Shown: piece after piece, positions 35,061 through 37,140 of the stretch | Position numbering within the stretch: position 1 is the stretch's first letter | How the letters are laid out: every line of letters begins with the position of its first letter | Origin: Gemmatimonadota bacterium | GTDB taxonomy: Bacteria; Gemmatimonadota; Gemmatimonadetes; Gemmatimonadales; Gemmatimonadaceae | Reading direction: 5' to 3' | Assembly: GCA_031372565.1 (NCBI GenBank) | Contig: JANMLN010000017.1 | Span: forward strand, 1-37,140 | DNA length: 37,140 nt | Notes under the pieces: generated by a model | Databases searched by the model: none | Seen by the model: only the letters and a program-made list of their open reading frames with translations | What the model was told of the DNA's origin: nothing | Translations under genes and position numbers: made by a program

Positions 35061-36379
35061 TGGCCAGCAGTATTCCGACCTCGGTGGAGTTCGATACGAC
35101 CGGACTCGCCACCGCACAGCTCCTCAATCGTGGCACGACGCATCGCGGCGTGTCACGGTGGGTGATCGGCATCGCGCTCTTCGCCTTCCTCACGCTCTTC
35201 CTCCCCTGGCAGCAGAGCGTCTCCGGCGAAGGGACCGTGTCGGCGCTCAGGCCGCAGGACCGGCCGCAGGTGGTGCCGACCATCATCGCCGGTCGTATCG
35301 AACACTGGTATGTGGCCGAAGGGCAGTACGTGACCAAGGGCACGCCCTTGGCCGAGATCTCGGAAGTGAAGGAGAAGTTCCTCGATCCGCAGATCGTGCC
35401 GCGTACGCGCGAGCAGCTCGAGGGCAAGCGCGATGCGGTCGAGAGCAAGATGGACAAGGTGCTCTCGCTCGATTCGCTCATCTTCGCGCTGGAACAGGCA
35501 CGCGACTTTTCGCTTGAGAAGGCGCGCAACAAGGTCGAGCTCTACTCGGCGGCCGTGGAAGCGGCAGCCGTCGACTCTGCCGTGGAAGGCGATCGTTTCT
35601 TGCGGCGTGAGCAGCTGTTCAAGGAAGGGCTTGCCTCGAAGGTCGATCTGGAGACGTTCCGCAAGTCGTACCAGCAGGCGAACGCCAAGGTGGTCGAGAA
35701 GCGGCAGGAACTGCGCAACGCGCGCATCGAGATCGGGTCCGTCTCGGCGGAGTACGGGGAGAAGATTGCCAAGACGCGTGCCGACCGGAACGCGACCAAG
35801 GCCGAGATCGGCGAGGGACAGACCGAGATCGCGAAGCTGCGCACGGAGGTCGCCAGCATGGAGATCCGTGCCGGCATGTACGTGATCAAGGCGCCGCAGG
35901 ATGGCACGATCATCAAGGCGCTCAAGGCGGGTGTCGGTGAAACGGTCAAGGAGAATGATCCGATCGTCACCATCCAGCCGGCGAAGCCGCAGCAGGCCAT
36001 CGAACTGTACGTGAAGGCGATCGACATCCCGCTCGTCTCGCCAGGGCGCCTGGTGCGCCTGCAGTTCGATGGGTGGCCCGCGCTCCAGTTCTCCGGCTGG
36101 CCCAACGTGTCGCTGGGGACCTTCGGGGGGCGCGTGAAGGTCGTGGATTACGTCAGCAACTCGAAGGGCGAGTATCGCGTGCTGGTGGTACAGGATTCCG
36201 CGGACGACGCGTGGCCAGCGCAGCTTCGCATGGGGAACCGTGCCAATGCGTGGGCGATGCTCGACGAAGTTCCCGTCTGGCGCGAGTTGTGGCGGAAGCT
36301 CAACGGCTTCCCGCCGGCGATCAAGGAGAAGGACGCGCCGAAGGGCGTCGAGACCGGCGACGCCAAGAAGGACGCCTAG
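35060..36379 (+). CDS. HlyD family membrane fusion (periplasmic adaptor) protein
   Basis: N-terminal TM, lipoyl halves (IAGRIEHWYVAEGQYVTKG / IKAPQDGTI), a long coiled coil and VRLQFDGWP. TAATG coupling with the ABC gene. Confidence 0.93.
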   Translation: MASSIPTSVEFDTTGLATAQLLNRGTTHRGVSRWVIGIALFAFLTLFLPWQQSVSGEGTVSALRPQDRPQVVPTIIAGRIEHWYVAEGQYVTKGTPLAEISEVKEKFLDPQIVPRTREQLEGKRDAVESKMDKVLSLDSLIFALEQARDFSLEKARNKVELYSAAVEAAAVDSAVEGDRFLRREQLFKEGLASKVDLETFRKSYQQANAKVVEKRQELRNARIEIGSVSAEYGEKIAKTRADRNATKAEIGEGQTEIAKLRTEVASMEIRAGMYVIKAPQDGTIIKALKAGVGETVKENDPIVTIQPAKPQQAIELYVKAIDIPLVSPGRLVRLQFDGWPALQFSGWPNVSLGTFGGRVKVVDYVSNSKGEYRVLVVQDSADDAWPAQLRMGNRANAWAMLDEVPVWRELWRKLNGFPPAIKEKDAPKGVETGDAKKDA

Positions 36380-36383
36380 CGGG

Positions 36384-36640
36384 ATGCTTGCTTTGGGGTT
36401 CGGCATCGCCTTGCAGGTGGCGGCCGCCGTCGCGCGCCCTGACAGCTCGGTGCCGGTGACGTTCCGCGAGTTCCAGGGGCTGGTGGCCGCGTACCATCCG
36501 GTCGCTCGCGCCGCGCGTGCTGCGCTCGACGCCTCCGAACAGGATGTGCGCGTCGCGCGCGGCGCGTTCGATCCGACACTCTCCGCCGAGTGGGACCGCA
36601 AGCGCTTTGACGGCAAGACGTACTACGATGAAGTGGCGCC
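36384..36640 (+). pseudogene. TolC family outer-membrane protein, N-terminal ~85 aa only
   Basis: Follows hlyD. A signal peptide is followed by HPVARAA...ARGAFDPTL...KRFDGKTYY, typical of TolC starts in such operons. The frame degenerates after ~36640 and stops at 36827. Confidence 0.8.
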
Positions 36641-37140
36641 GCTGGCCCGCCCCACTTCGGGTCAAACGCCATCTCCCAAGCTCCGGCCAGTTCCTGCACT
36701 GGCGTCAACGCGGGAAAATTCTCCCGCCCCGTCGTCGGCGGCGCGGCCTGCGCGTCGAAGACCACGAAGAAACTCTGGAACGCCGCGAACTTCAGCGGCA
36801 CGGTGGTCAGGCCGTTGGCCTGCGTGAATTGCGGGAGTGTGCGCTGCTCGCCCGTCACGGGATTCCACAATTGCGGCCGCCCCGCCGCCACGCGGAAGGT
36901 GCAGTCCGCCGTCACGGATTCGCCGCTGCGGTTTGCGACGAAATAGATTTCCTGCGTGGCGGTGCGGCGATGTCCGTAGCGCACCGGGCCGGTCGCACTG
37001 AAATCTTCCGGCACGCCCAGCAACTTCAGCAAGGCTGCCGTCGCCGCGTAGGACGGAAACAACTGCGCTTTTTCCGCCGCAAGATTTCCGTCCCAGTGGA
37101 TGACGCCCTTGCCGTGGCGCCGTTGCGTCGCCGCCGCCGG
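36641..37140 (-). pseudogene. Internal fragment of a GH106-like (alpha-L-rhamnosidase) glycoside hydrolase
   Basis: The frame is open from the window end: RHGKGVIHW...GVPEDF...HRRT...IYFVAN...FRV...PQLWNPVTG...SFFVVF...WEMAFDPKWGGP. It is cut at the TolC junction. The family was assigned by motif recognition. Confidence 0.7.

Overview
GC-rich bacterial chromosomal window. The gene repertoire suggests Gemmatimonadota (Ig-repeat lipoprotein, propeller-amidohydrolase, LVIVD/Big_2 and YncE proteins, Tat-Rieske lipoprotein); this is inference, not a database result. The left end (1-~2170) is a decaying polymorphic-toxin locus. It holds an orphan JAB/MPN-like (DUF4329-like) toxin domain, a lipoprotein immunity candidate and an RHS core fragment cut just after its DPIG motif by a ~120-bp IS3-family remnant, which also truncates the gene arriving from the other side. 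The middle is mostly ordinary metabolic and envelope genes: class A acid phosphatase, amidohydrolase, cupin, stand-alone infA, DUF1801 protein, TetA-like MFS, RraA-like protein, Zn alcohol dehydrogenase, M3 oligoendopeptidase, Rieske protein, PnuC, CPBP protease and an MCP. It also contains two tandem 101-bp branched palindromic repeats, a 2002-aa Ig-repeat surface lipoprotein with five ~235-245-aa tandem modules, a candidate (amino)glycolipid remodelling operon and a translationally coupled LVIVD/YncE/CPXCG/Hsp15 operon. The right end is a type I secretion-like operon whose ABC protein has degenerate ATPase motifs. Its TolC gene is abruptly fused at ~36640 to an opposite-strand GH106-like glycosidase fragment, which indicates a rearrangement or an assembly chimera. 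No CRISPR array, tRNA or rRNA was seen. I cannot demonstrate a wholly new system from the sequence alone; the best leads are ranked in the findings.
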